64,000 nt of DNA from Gemmataceae bacterium (GCA_036783645.1 DAIPWT010000009.1:9118-73117); one strand, 5' to 3'. Numbered from the stretch's first letter, positions 17,535 to 27,054 are shown. The notes: a model not told the origin generated them from the sequence alone. Program-made: numbers and translations.

Positions 17535-17567
17535 AACAAAAGACCGGCCGTTTCCTTACGGCCGGTC
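17535..17567 (-). terminator. Rho-independent terminator downstream of the GHKL ATPase gene
   Basis: On the minus strand: GACCGGCCG-loop-CGGCCGGTC, followed by TTTTGTT. Confidence 0.6.
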
Positions 17568-17616
17568 AGATCGCTAACTTCAGGAAGCCGGAGGGATGAA
17601 CGTCTAGCTTGCGTTT

Positions 17617-19542
17617 TCAGACGTGCAGGAGTTGCGTTTCGAGTACGTCAGACCATGCCTTCCGCAGGTTGCGGAACAGCTGATTCTCTTCGCCTTGCGC
17701 GCTTCCGGAAAGCATCTGGGTTTGGGCGCGGGCCAGCGACAAGAGCAGCAACTTCAACCCGACCAAGGCTTTGCGGGTCGTATCCGCGACATCGTCCCCG
17801 GCCCCCTCGCCACTTTCTGCCTCTCCCATTTGGTTGGTCTTCTTGGCCAAGTCGCCGAGCGGCTGCCAGACCTTCTGGTAGAACCGGTGGGCGGTGTTCA
17901 CTCGCAGGATCAGCTTCCCGAACTTGTACTCGGTGTCGTAGAACGGGGCGTATTCCTGTGGTTTGAATTCGGTGAGGTACTTCGACTCCTTTACCCGGTT
18001 GAACGCTTGCTCCTCTGTCTCTTCCTCTTGCCGGAGGCTGACGGCCAGCCCGCGCAGGTTGGCCTCAAGCGCAGCTTTCTGTTCATCCGTGTCCGTCGGC
18101 GGCGTAGGCAGCGCGACGCCCTGCACCCCCTCGGTATCCATTGCGTGCCGCTCGGCTTCGTTGGTCTGCCCGGCCTGCTCCGCAACGGCGATCTTCAGTT
18201 GCCTTTCGCGGATCATCTTGCGAATATTGGTGATGGTGCGCTGGAAGCGGCAGTCGTCGTGTTCAAGAATCCAGTCGACGGCGAACTGTTGCAGGCGGAC
18301 TCCCTGCTTGTTCGCGGCAACGCCGAACGCCTCGTCGGCATCGCCCGTGAACTCGATCTGCACCCGCAGCCAGGCGTTCGTGCTGTGCTTTTTCAGCTTC
18401 AGCCGCGGCTCCGCCCCGATCTCCACCTCCCGCTCATTCCGCAGATACGACACCATGTGGTCATCGAAAACGTGGAGGCTGTTCTTGAGCGTTACCCGCG
18501 GCAGCGACCCCCAATCGTGGACTGGTAGCAGAAACATCCGGATTCGCACCTCGGTCGTGGTGAACAGTTGTCCCTCGGCAACAGGGATCTGAACGGTCCA
18601 GCTGTCCACCAGGGCGGACTTCGTTTCGGTTAGCCCCACAACCTTGACGTGCCGAGCGGAAGGCATCCAGTAGGTCGGATCGAACGCTTCGACCAGGCGG
18701 TTGTTGACGTACACGCGCACCCCCTTGTCGATGAACTTGCGGTAGATGCGGCCCATATCCTTCAGCGCATGATCTGCCAGCGTGGCGGCAGTCTTGAAGG
18801 TGAGCCTGTCGCATTTGGGCATGTAGACGATCGTGCCGGATCGCCCAAGTTGCTCGGTCAACTTGTGAGACTCGTCGGCGAGCAACTCGTGCGAGTCACG
18901 CCCCTTCTTCGCGTAGTCCATCGGCTTCGTGAACATTTCTGCCACTTCCGACGGGAGGGCGTCGGTGAACTCCGGATCGGGCAACTCGATCATGTTGTTC
19001 CGGTCCTGACCGATCTTGTCCACGTCGAGCGTCATCGAGTAGAACGCGCCGGGCTCCTGCCACGAGTATACGTCTACGCAGCGGGTGATGTTTAACGCGG
19101 CCGTTTTCATCCCCATGCCATACCGACCGATGCCGGAGCGGTTGTCGTACACCATCGAGCCGCCGAAGGCGATCGCCACCTTCAGCACGCGGGGGGCCAT
19201 CCCCTTTCCATTGTCATAGACCATCGCGTCGATCCGCTGGTTGCCCTGCTTGCCCGTCTGGCGAAAGTACACCCGCACTTCCGTCGCTCCCCATTGGAGG
19301 GCGTTGTCCACATGCTCGCACAGCGCCGACGTGGTGCTGTTGTATCCCAGGTCGCGGAGCGAGTTGATCAGGGTCTGCCCGAGGAAAAGGGGGACTCGGG
19401 CGTCCTCCTTTAGCGATCGGTTGACGACCGTCTTGCCGCCGCGCGGGGTGTTCACGCCCCATTGCGGGACAAGGTCGGGGGCGCCCGGCTCTGGGCCCTG
19501 CGCGGTCTCGGTGGTCGGCTGCTGGACGTTGGCTTCGGACAT
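17617..19542 (-). CDS. MORC-like GHKL (HATPase_c_3) ATPase with a roughly 400-aa uncharacterised C-terminal region
   Basis: Bergerat-fold motifs EHVDNALQWGA (N box), VYDNGKGM (G1), GIGRYGMGMKTA (G2). Start at ATG 19540-19542. Confidence 0.8.
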   Translation of the reverse strand: MSEANVQQPTTETAQGPEPGAPDLVPQWGVNTPRGGKTVVNRSLKEDARVPLFLGQTLINSLRDLGYNSTTSALCEHVDNALQWGATEVRVYFRQTGKQGNQRIDAMVYDNGKGMAPRVLKVAIAFGGSMVYDNRSGIGRYGMGMKTAALNITRCVDVYSWQEPGAFYSMTLDVDKIGQDRNNMIELPDPEFTDALPSEVAEMFTKPMDYAKKGRDSHELLADESHKLTEQLGRSGTIVYMPKCDRLTFKTAATLADHALKDMGRIYRKFIDKGVRVYVNNRLVEAFDPTYWMPSARHVKVVGLTETKSALVDSWTVQIPVAEGQLFTTTEVRIRMFLLPVHDWGSLPRVTLKNSLHVFDDHMVSYLRNEREVEIGAEPRLKLKKHSTNAWLRVQIEFTGDADEAFGVAANKQGVRLQQFAVDWILEHDDCRFQRTITNIRKMIRERQLKIAVAEQAGQTNEAERHAMDTEGVQGVALPTPPTDTDEQKAALEANLRGLAVSLRQEEETEEQAFNRVKESKYLTEFKPQEYAPFYDTEYKFGKLILRVNTAHRFYQKVWQPLGDLAKKTNQMGEAESGEGAGDDVADTTRKALVGLKLLLLSLARAQTQMLSGSAQGEENQLFRNLRKAWSDVLETQLLHV

Positions 19543-19958
19543 GTTCGTACTCCCATTCGCAATTGTGGCGACACGCTTTGTGCCGCCGGAAGGGTAGGGC
19601 CGCACTCTGCGACCCTCTACTAACAGAGTGGGGAGATCGGGATTGTCGTAACCGCGATTCTGCGGTCCCGAATCAAGTTCGGTTGAGACAAGGGATACGT
19701 GACTCCAAGCAGGAGGGGGATAAATGGAACGGCACCCAAGCCAAACAACTCTATGGGCCGTAGAATGGGTCCCATAGATCGCTCATACTTCATTCCATGG
19801 CGCGGAAGGCGAGGGTCATTCCGCCCCGGCCGAGCAGTCGCAGTATGATGAAAGAATTTCGGCCTTTCGGTGTTGATATCGCTGTGCTTTCACTGACGCG
19901 ATTTTACCCCGGCGCCGCCGGACTAGCAAGACGCGACCCGGCTCGCCAGTGCGTTCGC

Positions 19959-21800
19959 TCATTTCCCCGGCGGCGCCCATACGGCGTCAAAGCCGCGGCC
20001 GTCTTCCACCAGGGCGGTGCTGGCGCGTGACAACGTCAGCAACAACGGTCCGTCGCCGCGATGGTCCAACAGCAACATGCCGGCCCGATGCGCCGCCAGG
20101 GCGAAGTCGCCGGCCTCCAGCGCTTCCAACGCGGCCTCCGACTCGGCGAAAAACTGCCGACGCCGTTCCACGCCGGCCGCCTCCACTTCATACAGGTCCA
20201 CCGGCTCCGCGATGTTGACGACCCGCGCTTTCACCACGCGCCGCGAGGTGAAGCCATCGCCGAGCCGTTCGCGCGTGCCCCGCGTCACCAATACCGGACA
20301 TTTCAGATACTGTGTCAAACCCTGCACCCGGCTGCCGAGGTTGACCGTGTTGCCCATCGCCCCATATTTGAACTTGTACTTCGAGCCAGTGTTGCCGACC
20401 TGAGCCGGGCCGGTGCTGACGCCGACGCCGACCGCGGTCGCTCCGCCGAGAACTTCTTGCCACCGCGTGTTGAGGGCCGGCAGCGCGGCGAGCATGGCCA
20501 GGGCCGCGCGCACGGCCCGCTCGGCCTGATCCGGCTGGTCCTGCGGCGCCCCCCACATGGCCAGCACCTCGTCGCCGACGTAATCGACGAGTACGCCGCC
20601 TTCGTCGAGTACGCACCTAGACAACTCGTTCATTACGTCGTTCATCCAGCGCAGGCTGCCGGCCGGGCCTAGCTTTTCGCTGACCCGGCTGAAGCCGCGC
20701 ACGTCGCAGAACAGAAGCGTCACCCCGGCGTCGCGGCCCTCCAGCAGAGCCGGCTCACGGACCAATCGACGCGCCAGGTCGGCGCCGAAAAACTGTTCCA
20801 GGCGGACGTGGGCTTCCAACGCCGACTTCTCCTTGGCCTGCCGAGCCAGTCCCGCCGCCACGCCGCAGGCCAGCAGATCGACGAGCGTCGCTTCCAGCTG
20901 ACCGCCGACGTTCAGGAGCGAGATCGGCGCCCGACGACGTTCGCCGTAGAGGGCGCCGACGACGTTGCCGTCCGCATCGAGGAGGGGCGCGGCCACGACC
21001 GTCTGCAGCGGCGCCAAACTCGGCGTGTCGGCCTCACCGGACGGACGAGCCGATTGCCAAAAAGTCTTTTTCTTCTGCCTTACCTCCGCGAGAACGCGGC
21101 GACTCGGCTGCCACGGCCTGCCGAGCGTCGGCGCCTCGCCGTAAGCGGCGGCGGCGACCCACTGTTCGCCGTCGAGCAATAGCACACGGCCCAATTCGAG
21201 GCCGACGATCTGCACCAGCGCCTCGGCGGCTTTGTCGAGGAAGTCGGCCGCGCCTACGGTGGCCTGAAGGACGCCCATGGTGGTCTGAAGCCAGCCGACC
21301 ATCTCGTTCAGTTGGGCGCCGCTGAGGCCCGGCAGCGACCGTAGGCGAACGGAAAGGTCGGCGATCCGGCCGGGGCCGACGGTCTGCTCCTCAAGGCTGT
21401 GCATACCGGCTTGGTCGTCCGAGTCGGCGGCGCCGACCGTTACCGTCCGGCCGGGCAGGGAAAAGGAGAACGGCGCGGCCAGTTCGACGTTGGCGCCGGG
21501 AGCGAGGACGCCGCCGGGGGCGCCGCCGCAAGGGAGCGGCGCCTTGCTGCGATTGGTGAGACGAACGCGGCCGGAGGAAAGCGGCTCAAGGAGGGCGTGA
21601 CGGCGGGAGATGTTATCGCGGTCGTCCTGCCGGGCCACGACCAAGCGAGCGGGCGCGGAATCGACGCCGGGCAAGACGGCGTAAGGCGCCGGCTCGCCGG
21701 CCTGCTGACGGCCGAGTTCCAGTGGACCGGTCAGACGGCCGTCGAACGCGGCGCGGTCGCCTTCGAGGATACGGATTGTCAGGAAATCGATCTCGCGCAT
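19959..21800 (-). CDS. FHA-GAF-class III adenylate/guanylate cyclase
   Basis: N-terminal FHA (LELGRQQ...ISRRHALLEP...VRLTNRS), central GAF-like region, C-terminal VTLLFCDVRGFS...GDEVLAMWGAP cyclase core. Confidence 0.9.
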   Translation of the reverse strand: MREIDFLTIRILEGDRAAFDGRLTGPLELGRQQAGEPAPYAVLPGVDSAPARLVVARQDDRDNISRRHALLEPLSSGRVRLTNRSKAPLPCGGAPGGVLAPGANVELAAPFSFSLPGRTVTVGAADSDDQAGMHSLEEQTVGPGRIADLSVRLRSLPGLSGAQLNEMVGWLQTTMGVLQATVGAADFLDKAAEALVQIVGLELGRVLLLDGEQWVAAAAYGEAPTLGRPWQPSRRVLAEVRQKKKTFWQSARPSGEADTPSLAPLQTVVAAPLLDADGNVVGALYGERRRAPISLLNVGGQLEATLVDLLACGVAAGLARQAKEKSALEAHVRLEQFFGADLARRLVREPALLEGRDAGVTLLFCDVRGFSRVSEKLGPAGSLRWMNDVMNELSRCVLDEGGVLVDYVGDEVLAMWGAPQDQPDQAERAVRAALAMLAALPALNTRWQEVLGGATAVGVGVSTGPAQVGNTGSKYKFKYGAMGNTVNLGSRVQGLTQYLKCPVLVTRGTRERLGDGFTSRRVVKARVVNIAEPVDLYEVEAAGVERRRQFFAESEAALEALEAGDFALAAHRAGMLLLDHRGDGPLLLTLSRASTALVEDGRGFDAVWAPPGK

Positions 21801-21801
21801 C

Positions 21802-21984
21802 TTACTCGATCTCGCGCACCAATTTTAGCAAAGCCTCACATAGGGACTTGACTTCCTCTGCGTTTAACTCCACAGGATCGCCGTGCGCCGTGACGCATTT
21901 TAAATGTAACGCAGCTCCGGGATCGACCCAGGCGACAAGCTCACCGTGGCTGAGTTCAAAGACCTTTTCGTCCGTAATATTCAT
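21802..21984 (-). CDS. 60-aa hypothetical protein (candidate immunity/partner of the upstream 102-aa protein)
   Basis: Packed between the 102-aa gene (11-nt gap) and the cyclase start (1-nt gap). Acidic, A/T-richer sequence. Confidence 0.4.
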   Translation of the reverse strand: MNITDEKVFELSHGELVAWVDPGAALHLKCVTAHGDPVELNAEEVKSLCEALLKLVREIE

Positions 21985-21995
21985 GTTTTTGGCGC

Positions 21996-22304
21996 CTATG
22001 TTGGGAAATGTGGATTGCCGTCGATTGGATCCACGATTTTGATAATGCCGTCGGGTTCATAGGCGTGGTGGTGTGGAACGGTTGCTTTTGGGTCGCTGTA
22101 GGGAAGGCCAGTCTTCAAGTCCACGTGTCCGGAATCCATTCGTAACCGCTCCTTCCCGGTAACAGGGTCCATCCATTTATCTGGTTTGGTCAGGTGCGGC
22201 ACTAAGCCCCGCTCTTTTGCCAGCGCGCGGATCTCCGCGGCAGTCTTGCCCTTAAGGTCGTCTGCGGTGATTTTCGGGCTTTTCTTCGCCATTTGCCGGC
22301 CCAT
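21996..22304 (-). CDS. 102-aa His-rich hypothetical protein resembling a stand-alone polymorphic-toxin C-terminal domain
   Basis: KWMDPVTGKERLRMDSGHVDLKTGLPYSDPKATVPHHHAY. Resemblance to small HNH/GH-E-like toxin modules is impressionistic. Confidence 0.4.
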   Translation of the reverse strand: MGRQMAKKSPKITADDLKGKTAAEIRALAKERGLVPHLTKPDKWMDPVTGKERLRMDSGHVDLKTGLPYSDPKATVPHHHAYEPDGIIKIVDPIDGNPHFPT

Positions 22305-22556
22305 TCACGCAATCCAGTCCATTATACACGACAAACAAAAGGAGGGTCGGGTGTCGTTACAGATCGGAACGACTCCCGACCCCTTTGAATTTCCGACCCT
22401 TTTGATTTTCCCGCCCGTTACCGTCCGGCCGGGCAGGGCGTGCCACCTTCCACATCGCAGCTTTTCTATAGAGCATTCCTGACGACTTTTCTTTCCGGTG
22501 CTTGTCCGAACGGCGTAGGCCAAGGTAAGATCAATCCATCGAAGGAGTATCGCCCG

Positions 22557-22781
22557 ATGGCAAAGCGGCCCAGGCATCCGGATAAAGACATTGAGGCGGC
22601 GGTGAAGTACGCCGAGGCCAACGGCTGGATTTGGACCCCTTCCGGCGGCCACGCCTGGGGCGTCTTGTGGTGTCCGCTCGGGCAGCGAGGAGGTTGCCGT
22701 TTCGGAGTCTGGTCCACGCCTCGCAATCCCTATAGCCACGCCAGGTTTATCCGGCGGCAGGTGGATCGCTGTCCGCACTAA
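22557..22781 (+). CDS. 74-aa Cys/His-containing hypothetical protein
   Basis: ATG 22557 preceded by GAAGGAG. GGHAWGVLWCP...GGCRFGVWSTPRNPYSHARFIRRQVDRCPH. Confidence 0.5.
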   Translation: MAKRPRHPDKDIEAAVKYAEANGWIWTPSGGHAWGVLWCPLGQRGGCRFGVWSTPRNPYSHARFIRRQVDRCPH

Positions 22782-22798
22782 ACATTGGAGGAGTGAAC

Positions 22799-23053
22799 AT
22801 GGCGAAGCAGGAATACGAGTTCACCCTACTTCTGTCGGGTGTGCGCGAATTGACGCGCGAAGTACTCGACGCCCTGTACGAGGCGGGCTGCGACGACGCC
22901 CTGATTGGAGTGCGCGACGGCACGGTCTATGCGGAGTTTTGCCGTGAAGGCGCCTCGTTTCAAGAGGCCATGCTTTCGGCCGTGAGGGACGTGGAAACGG
23001 CTGGCGTAGGCGCCAAAGTCGAACAAGTCGAGCCGGATGAACTGGTTACATAA
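22799..23053 (+). CDS. 84-aa hypothetical protein (domain often seen N-terminal to XRE-type antitoxins)
   Basis: YEFTLLLSG...LDALYEAGCDDALIGVRDGTVYAEFCREGASFQEAMLSAVRDVE. GGAGG RBS before ATG 22799. Confidence 0.5.
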   Translation: MAKQEYEFTLLLSGVRELTREVLDALYEAGCDDALIGVRDGTVYAEFCREGASFQEAMLSAVRDVETAGVGAKVEQVEPDELVT

Positions 23054-23169
23054 TGTCAAGAATAGTCCGAAAATAAAGTGCGGAATGGAAAAGATCGCCA
23101 TGCGTCCCCATCCTCTGATACCATGTTAGAGGAACTCAACCAGGCTCCGGCCGCGCGAGGAGCAAACCG

Positions 23170-23379
23170 ATGGCGACCATTACCGCCGTCTACGAGAACG
23201 GGATGTTTCGGCCCACAGGGCCGGTCGATTTGCCAGAAGGAGCGACCGTGCATGTCGTAGCGGCTCCGGTTCGCACGGAACAAGACGAAGCCAGACGACG
23301 AGTGTTCGAGATTCTGTCGCAGTCCTACGATACGGGCGACCCCGAAGCCGCCGCCCGCCACGACGAACATCAGCCATGA
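23170..23379 (+). CDS. DUF104-type antitoxin (AF2212-like), cognate of a PIN toxin
   Basis: MATITAVYENGMFRPTGPVDLPEGATVHV is the canonical N-terminus of this family. Its stop overlaps the start of the PIN remnant (ATGA). Confidence 0.7.
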   Translation: MATITAVYENGMFRPTGPVDLPEGATVHVVAAPVRTEQDEARRRVFEILSQSYDTGDPEAAARHDEHQP

Positions 23380-23757
23380 GGACGGTTTTTCTCGATACGG
23401 TCGGCCTGATCGCGCTTTGGAACCGCTCCGACCCCTAGGTATCTACACAAGATAGACGGCCGCGATTTAGCCCCGGAGGGGCGGCGGTTAATAGCCAGGC
23501 GTGTAAACGCCTGGAAGGAGGCGGCGTCCCCTGATGAATCCAGCCCCGGAGGGGCGGCGGTAAGGGTCCGGCTCGGGACCGTCGCCCCTCCGGGGCTAAA
23601 TAAAGCAACGCCAGGCGCCCGCATCCAGGCGTTTACACGCCTGGCTATTAACCGCCGCCCCTCCGGGGCTAATACAACGCGCCGCGAGATTGTACTGACC
23701 GAAGTTTTTACCAACGACCGTCATTTCGCGGCCGCCGGGTTCACGCCGCTGTTTTAA
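23376..23757 (+). pseudogene. PIN-domain (VapC-like) toxin remnant split by a palindromic insertion
   Basis: N-terminal MRTVFLDTVGLIALWNRSDP then a stop. C-terminal EIVLTEVFTNDRHFAAAGFTPLF* at 23689-23757. The central roughly 85 codons are missing. Confidence 0.6.
23467..23672. mobile_element. MITE-like 206-bp element with perfect 48-bp terminal inverted repeats
   Basis: Left arm 23467-23514 (TTAGCCCCGGAGGGGCGGCGGTTAATAGCCAGGCGTGTAAACGCCTGG) is the exact reverse complement of right arm 23625-23672. Contains nested internal hairpins and no ORF. Confidence 0.6.
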
Positions 23758-24009
23758 TCACCAGCGGCGCGAGGGTTGCCTCGTTGACCCCAAGGTCTAC
23801 GCGGGACTCTATTTTATCTAGCGTCGGCGTTAGCGGGCACGCTTTGTTAGCGACTCTCGTCGGCGGGCCATCGCGTCAGTGCTTGGAGGAAATCCACGGC
23901 GGCTGACTGCCAGCGGCCGAGGCGGAATTCGGCCCTGCAACGGCGGCATATAGCGGGGCGTCGGCCGGGACTGATTCGGCTTTTCTTTACTGGCCCGGCA
24001 TCCCTTCCA

Positions 24010-25344
24010 GTGATAGAATTCGCGCAATATCTTCATTCCGTCAACTTCGAGGGCGCAGGTGTGCCAGAAAAACGCTTCACGGTTCTTTCGCTGTTCTCTG
24101 GCGGGATGGGTCTCGACATCGGACTCGAACAGACCGGCCGGTTCGAGCATCTGGCGTGCGTTGAGAAGATTCCGGCTTTCTGCGAGACGATCCGGCGTAA
24201 CCGGGATGCTGGACTTGTCGGCGATCGGAATCTCCGCGTTTACGAAAGGGATATTGCAGAACTTGATCCATTTGCGGTTATGGCTGAACTCGGTGTGAAA
24301 CCGTGCTCCGTTGATCTTATCGCGGGCGGCCCGCCGTGTCAGGCGTTTAGCGTTTTCGGCAAACGACGAGGGCTGGCTGACAGGCGCGGCGAGCTCCTTC
24401 TGGAATATCTGCGCTTCGTGGAGGCCTTTCGACCGCGTACCTTTCTCATGGAAAACGTGCGCGGCCTGCTTTCGATGACCACCGCGGAGGATCAGCACAA
24501 AGGTGCTCTGTTTGAGATGGTCCAGGACCGGTTCGACCACCTCGGTTACCGAACCGATTGCTTCGTTGTTAATTCAGTGAATTACGGCGCGCCGCAAATA
24601 CGCGAACGAATGATTGTCATCGGCAATCGCTACAATTTGTCGGCCGATTTTACACGCCCGACCCACAGCGATCACCCCGAAGAAAACCTTCCCGTGTTCG
24701 CCACGCTCGGAGACGCCATCCACGGTAAGGCGGACCCGGACCCGACCCTTATGCACTTCAGCGAGCGAAAGCAGAAATATCTGGCGATGGTCCCGCCCGG
24801 TGGGAACTGGCGCTCACTCCCACTACCCATCCAGAAGGAGTCCATGGGAAAGAGCTTCTTTCTCAAGGGCGGAAGGTCGGCGCACTGGCGCAAATTGTCG
24901 TTCGAGTTTCCCTGCCCGACCATAATGACCATGCCCAACCACGCTGGGACCAGCATGTGTCATCCGGAACTGCTCCGCCCGCTCACGGTCGGCGAGTGCG
25001 CACTCGTTCAGGGCTTCCCACCGGAATGGGCCTTCGTTGGTACGCCAGGGGAAAAGTACCAGCAGGTGGGAAACGCGGTCCCCATCGTGTTGGGCCGCCT
25101 TGGGGGCGGTTCCGTTATCGACCTACTGGAACAAATCATCTCGATCCAAAATCCCGCGCCGGGACCGATCCTGCCTAACCGTGTCTTACACTTGCGACCG
25201 CATGTGCGGACACGATGTTGGTGGAAGGACGGCCAGATTATCGATGGCCTGCCTTACTCGCAACGCCCGGGGCGAAAAAAAACTCGCATGGAGGGGCCGT
25301 CCCTTTTCGATTGGATTCCGCCCTCGACCGAAGGGGAGTTGTAA
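24010..25344 (+). CDS. DNA (cytosine-5)-methyltransferase
   Basis: Motif I LFSGGMGLD, motif IV GGPPCQAFS, motif VI ENVRGL, motif X QVGNAVP. Confidence 0.92.
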   Translation: MIEFAQYLHSVNFEGAGVPEKRFTVLSLFSGGMGLDIGLEQTGRFEHLACVEKIPAFCETIRRNRDAGLVGDRNLRVYERDIAELDPFAVMAELGVKPCSVDLIAGGPPCQAFSVFGKRRGLADRRGELLLEYLRFVEAFRPRTFLMENVRGLLSMTTAEDQHKGALFEMVQDRFDHLGYRTDCFVVNSVNYGAPQIRERMIVIGNRYNLSADFTRPTHSDHPEENLPVFATLGDAIHGKADPDPTLMHFSERKQKYLAMVPPGGNWRSLPLPIQKESMGKSFFLKGGRSAHWRKLSFEFPCPTIMTMPNHAGTSMCHPELLRPLTVGECALVQGFPPEWAFVGTPGEKYQQVGNAVPIVLGRLGGGSVIDLLEQIISIQNPAPGPILPNRVLHLRPHVRTRCWWKDGQIIDGLPYSQRPGRKKTRMEGPSLFDWIPPSTEGEL

Positions 25345-26198
25345 TGGTGGCTCACACCGAATGCGTTGCGGGAACTGCGAAAGAAACGAGCCTGTTTCTC
25401 GGGCGTCGCCTTCGTAAATTGCGCACGCAAATAGGCGGCGTACTGAACGTCAACCCTTTTCTAATGCGCGCTCTGAAAGACTTCCATCAGATCACAGACC
25501 AGTTGTCCCTCGCACAGTTTCTACTAACCTCGCATCTCGGCGGCGGTCACGCCACAGGTTTCGGCAAGATGATTGATGAGAAAGTATTGCCCCATGTATT
25601 TCAGACGAAGCGGCTTGACTCGACTTGCCGGGACGTATCCCCGTACAACAAAGAAATCTTCGATGACATTGATCATCTTGTCACGAAGAGCGACGGTGTT
25701 TACCTTTTGTCCCTGAAGGCCGGAGCCTGGTCCATTCAACTCGGTCAGGCAATGGGTTTGTATCGTCACTTTCTGGCGTTAGGCGAGCAAGGGCTTCAGT
25801 CGCGCGGAATCGTCGTGGGCGTTTTCTACGGGCATAAGGGATTGCTGACAGATAAATATCGCGTCGTCAAAGGAGAAAATATACGACACCAGTCGGAGAT
25901 GCGGAAACTTGATTACGTCGAGGTCAAGGCGGGGGCCGCTTTCTGGTCGTGGTTGAACGACGACGAGAAAGCCACTCAAGAATGGATCCTCGAAGGGATC
26001 GCTAAAGGCGCCGACGAATTCATGGCCAATACGCCAGATATGAAGGAGGTGGCAGGGGGCGCCGCTCATCGGCTGGTTCTGGAGTTGAGAGAGAAATACG
26101 GTCTTTCCGCCGCCGGCGCGATCGATTGGCTCTTCCTTCTTCACGCCGTCAACGACGACAAGGGAGAACAACTCGGAGCAGAGGCCGTCGAGCCTTAG
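25344..26198 (+). CDS. type II restriction endonuclease candidate (PD-(D/E)xK-like), partner of the C5 methyltransferase
   Basis: ATG overlaps the methylase stop (TAATG). [21 protein letters not shown] fits the D...(S/E)xK pattern. Same A/T-richer composition as the methylase. Confidence 0.6.
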   Translation: MVAHTECVAGTAKETSLFLGRRLRKLRTQIGGVLNVNPFLMRALKDFHQITDQLSLAQFLLTSHLGGGHATGFGKMIDEKVLPHVFQTKRLDSTCRDVSPYNKEIFDDIDHLVTKSDGVYLLSLKAGAWSIQLGQAMGLYRHFLALGEQGLQSRGIVVGVFYGHKGLLTDKYRVVKGENIRHQSEMRKLDYVEVKAGAAFWSWLNDDEKATQEWILEGIAKGADEFMANTPDMKEVAGGAAHRLVLELREKYGLSAAGAIDWLFLLHAVNDDKGEQLGAEAVEP

Positions 26199-27054
26199 CC
26201 ACAATCCTAGAGTGCTTGGTTGATGCGAAGCCACATGGCGCCAAATCTAAACTTGTCCCTTTACCGCTTCCTTCCGCTTCCTCGCGCTCCTTTTCGCCGC
26301 GCGCCTGTTCCGGCGCCATGTATTCCGGCGTACCCACGCCCTGCGACTGTGAAGCCTCGCCCGCTCCGCCCATCCGCTTGGCCAAACCGAAGTCGGCGAC
26401 GTGCGGCTCACCGGACGCATCCAGCAGGATGTTGCCCGGCTTCAGGTCGCGGTGCAGCAATTGCCGTTGATGGGCATAATGTACCGCCCGCGCCGCCGTC
26501 GCCGTCAGCTTGGCCGCCGCCTTCGCATCGTTGTGGTATCGCTCAAGGCGCCCAGACAGGCTGCCGCCTTCGACCAACTTCATGGTGAAGAAATGCAAGC
26601 CGCCGTGTTCGCCGACTTCGTAGACCGGCACAATATGCGGATGGTCCAGACGCGCCGCCTCGTCGGCTTCTTGGCGAAAGCGGCGCACGTCATCCGCATC
26701 GGCCAACTCGCCGGAGCGGATCACCTTGAGGGCGACCATACGCTCGGGCGCCAGTTGTCTGGCTCTGTAGACGACGCCCATACCGCCGTGGCCGATTTCC
26801 TCCAGCAGTTCGTAGCCGCCGAAGCGGCGCGGCAGGCGCCCGGCAGCGGCGTTGTCCGACGCACCGGAAGTCGGCGTGTACGCCGTCGCATGAGGGTCGG
26901 CGGGCGCGTCGGAGTAGCGCGTGCCGGCCGCGTCGTCGGTGGAAACAGGGATTGCCGGCGCGCCGGCGTAGCGCGTCGCCGCCGGATCGGAAGGCGTTGC
27001 GCCGTAGTTGGTGGCGTCGTGGTCGCCCTGTCGGCCATCGTTGTGGGGGGACAT
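26149..27054 (-). pseudogene. Ser/Thr protein kinase, C-terminally truncated after subdomain VIII
   Basis: [40 protein letters not shown] are present. After APEQARGEK the ORF reads unrelated sequence and overlaps the endonuclease 3' end. Confidence 0.75.

Noticed and set aside
19543-19958. Short ORFs 19563-19763 and 19797-20030 in the gap between the GHKL ATPase and the cyclase
   Set aside because: No RBS, no motifs, poor coding composition. Treated as non-coding, possibly regulatory.
23370-23714. 114-aa minus-strand ORF across the MITE-like element
   Set aside because: It reads through perfect inverted repeats, so its translation is partly self-mirrored. No start context or motif.
23876-26222. 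9-nt match AGTGCTTGG near both edges of the type II R-M insertion as a target-site duplication
   Set aside because: Too short to distinguish from chance in 64 kb, and not positioned symmetrically relative to the compositional boundaries.
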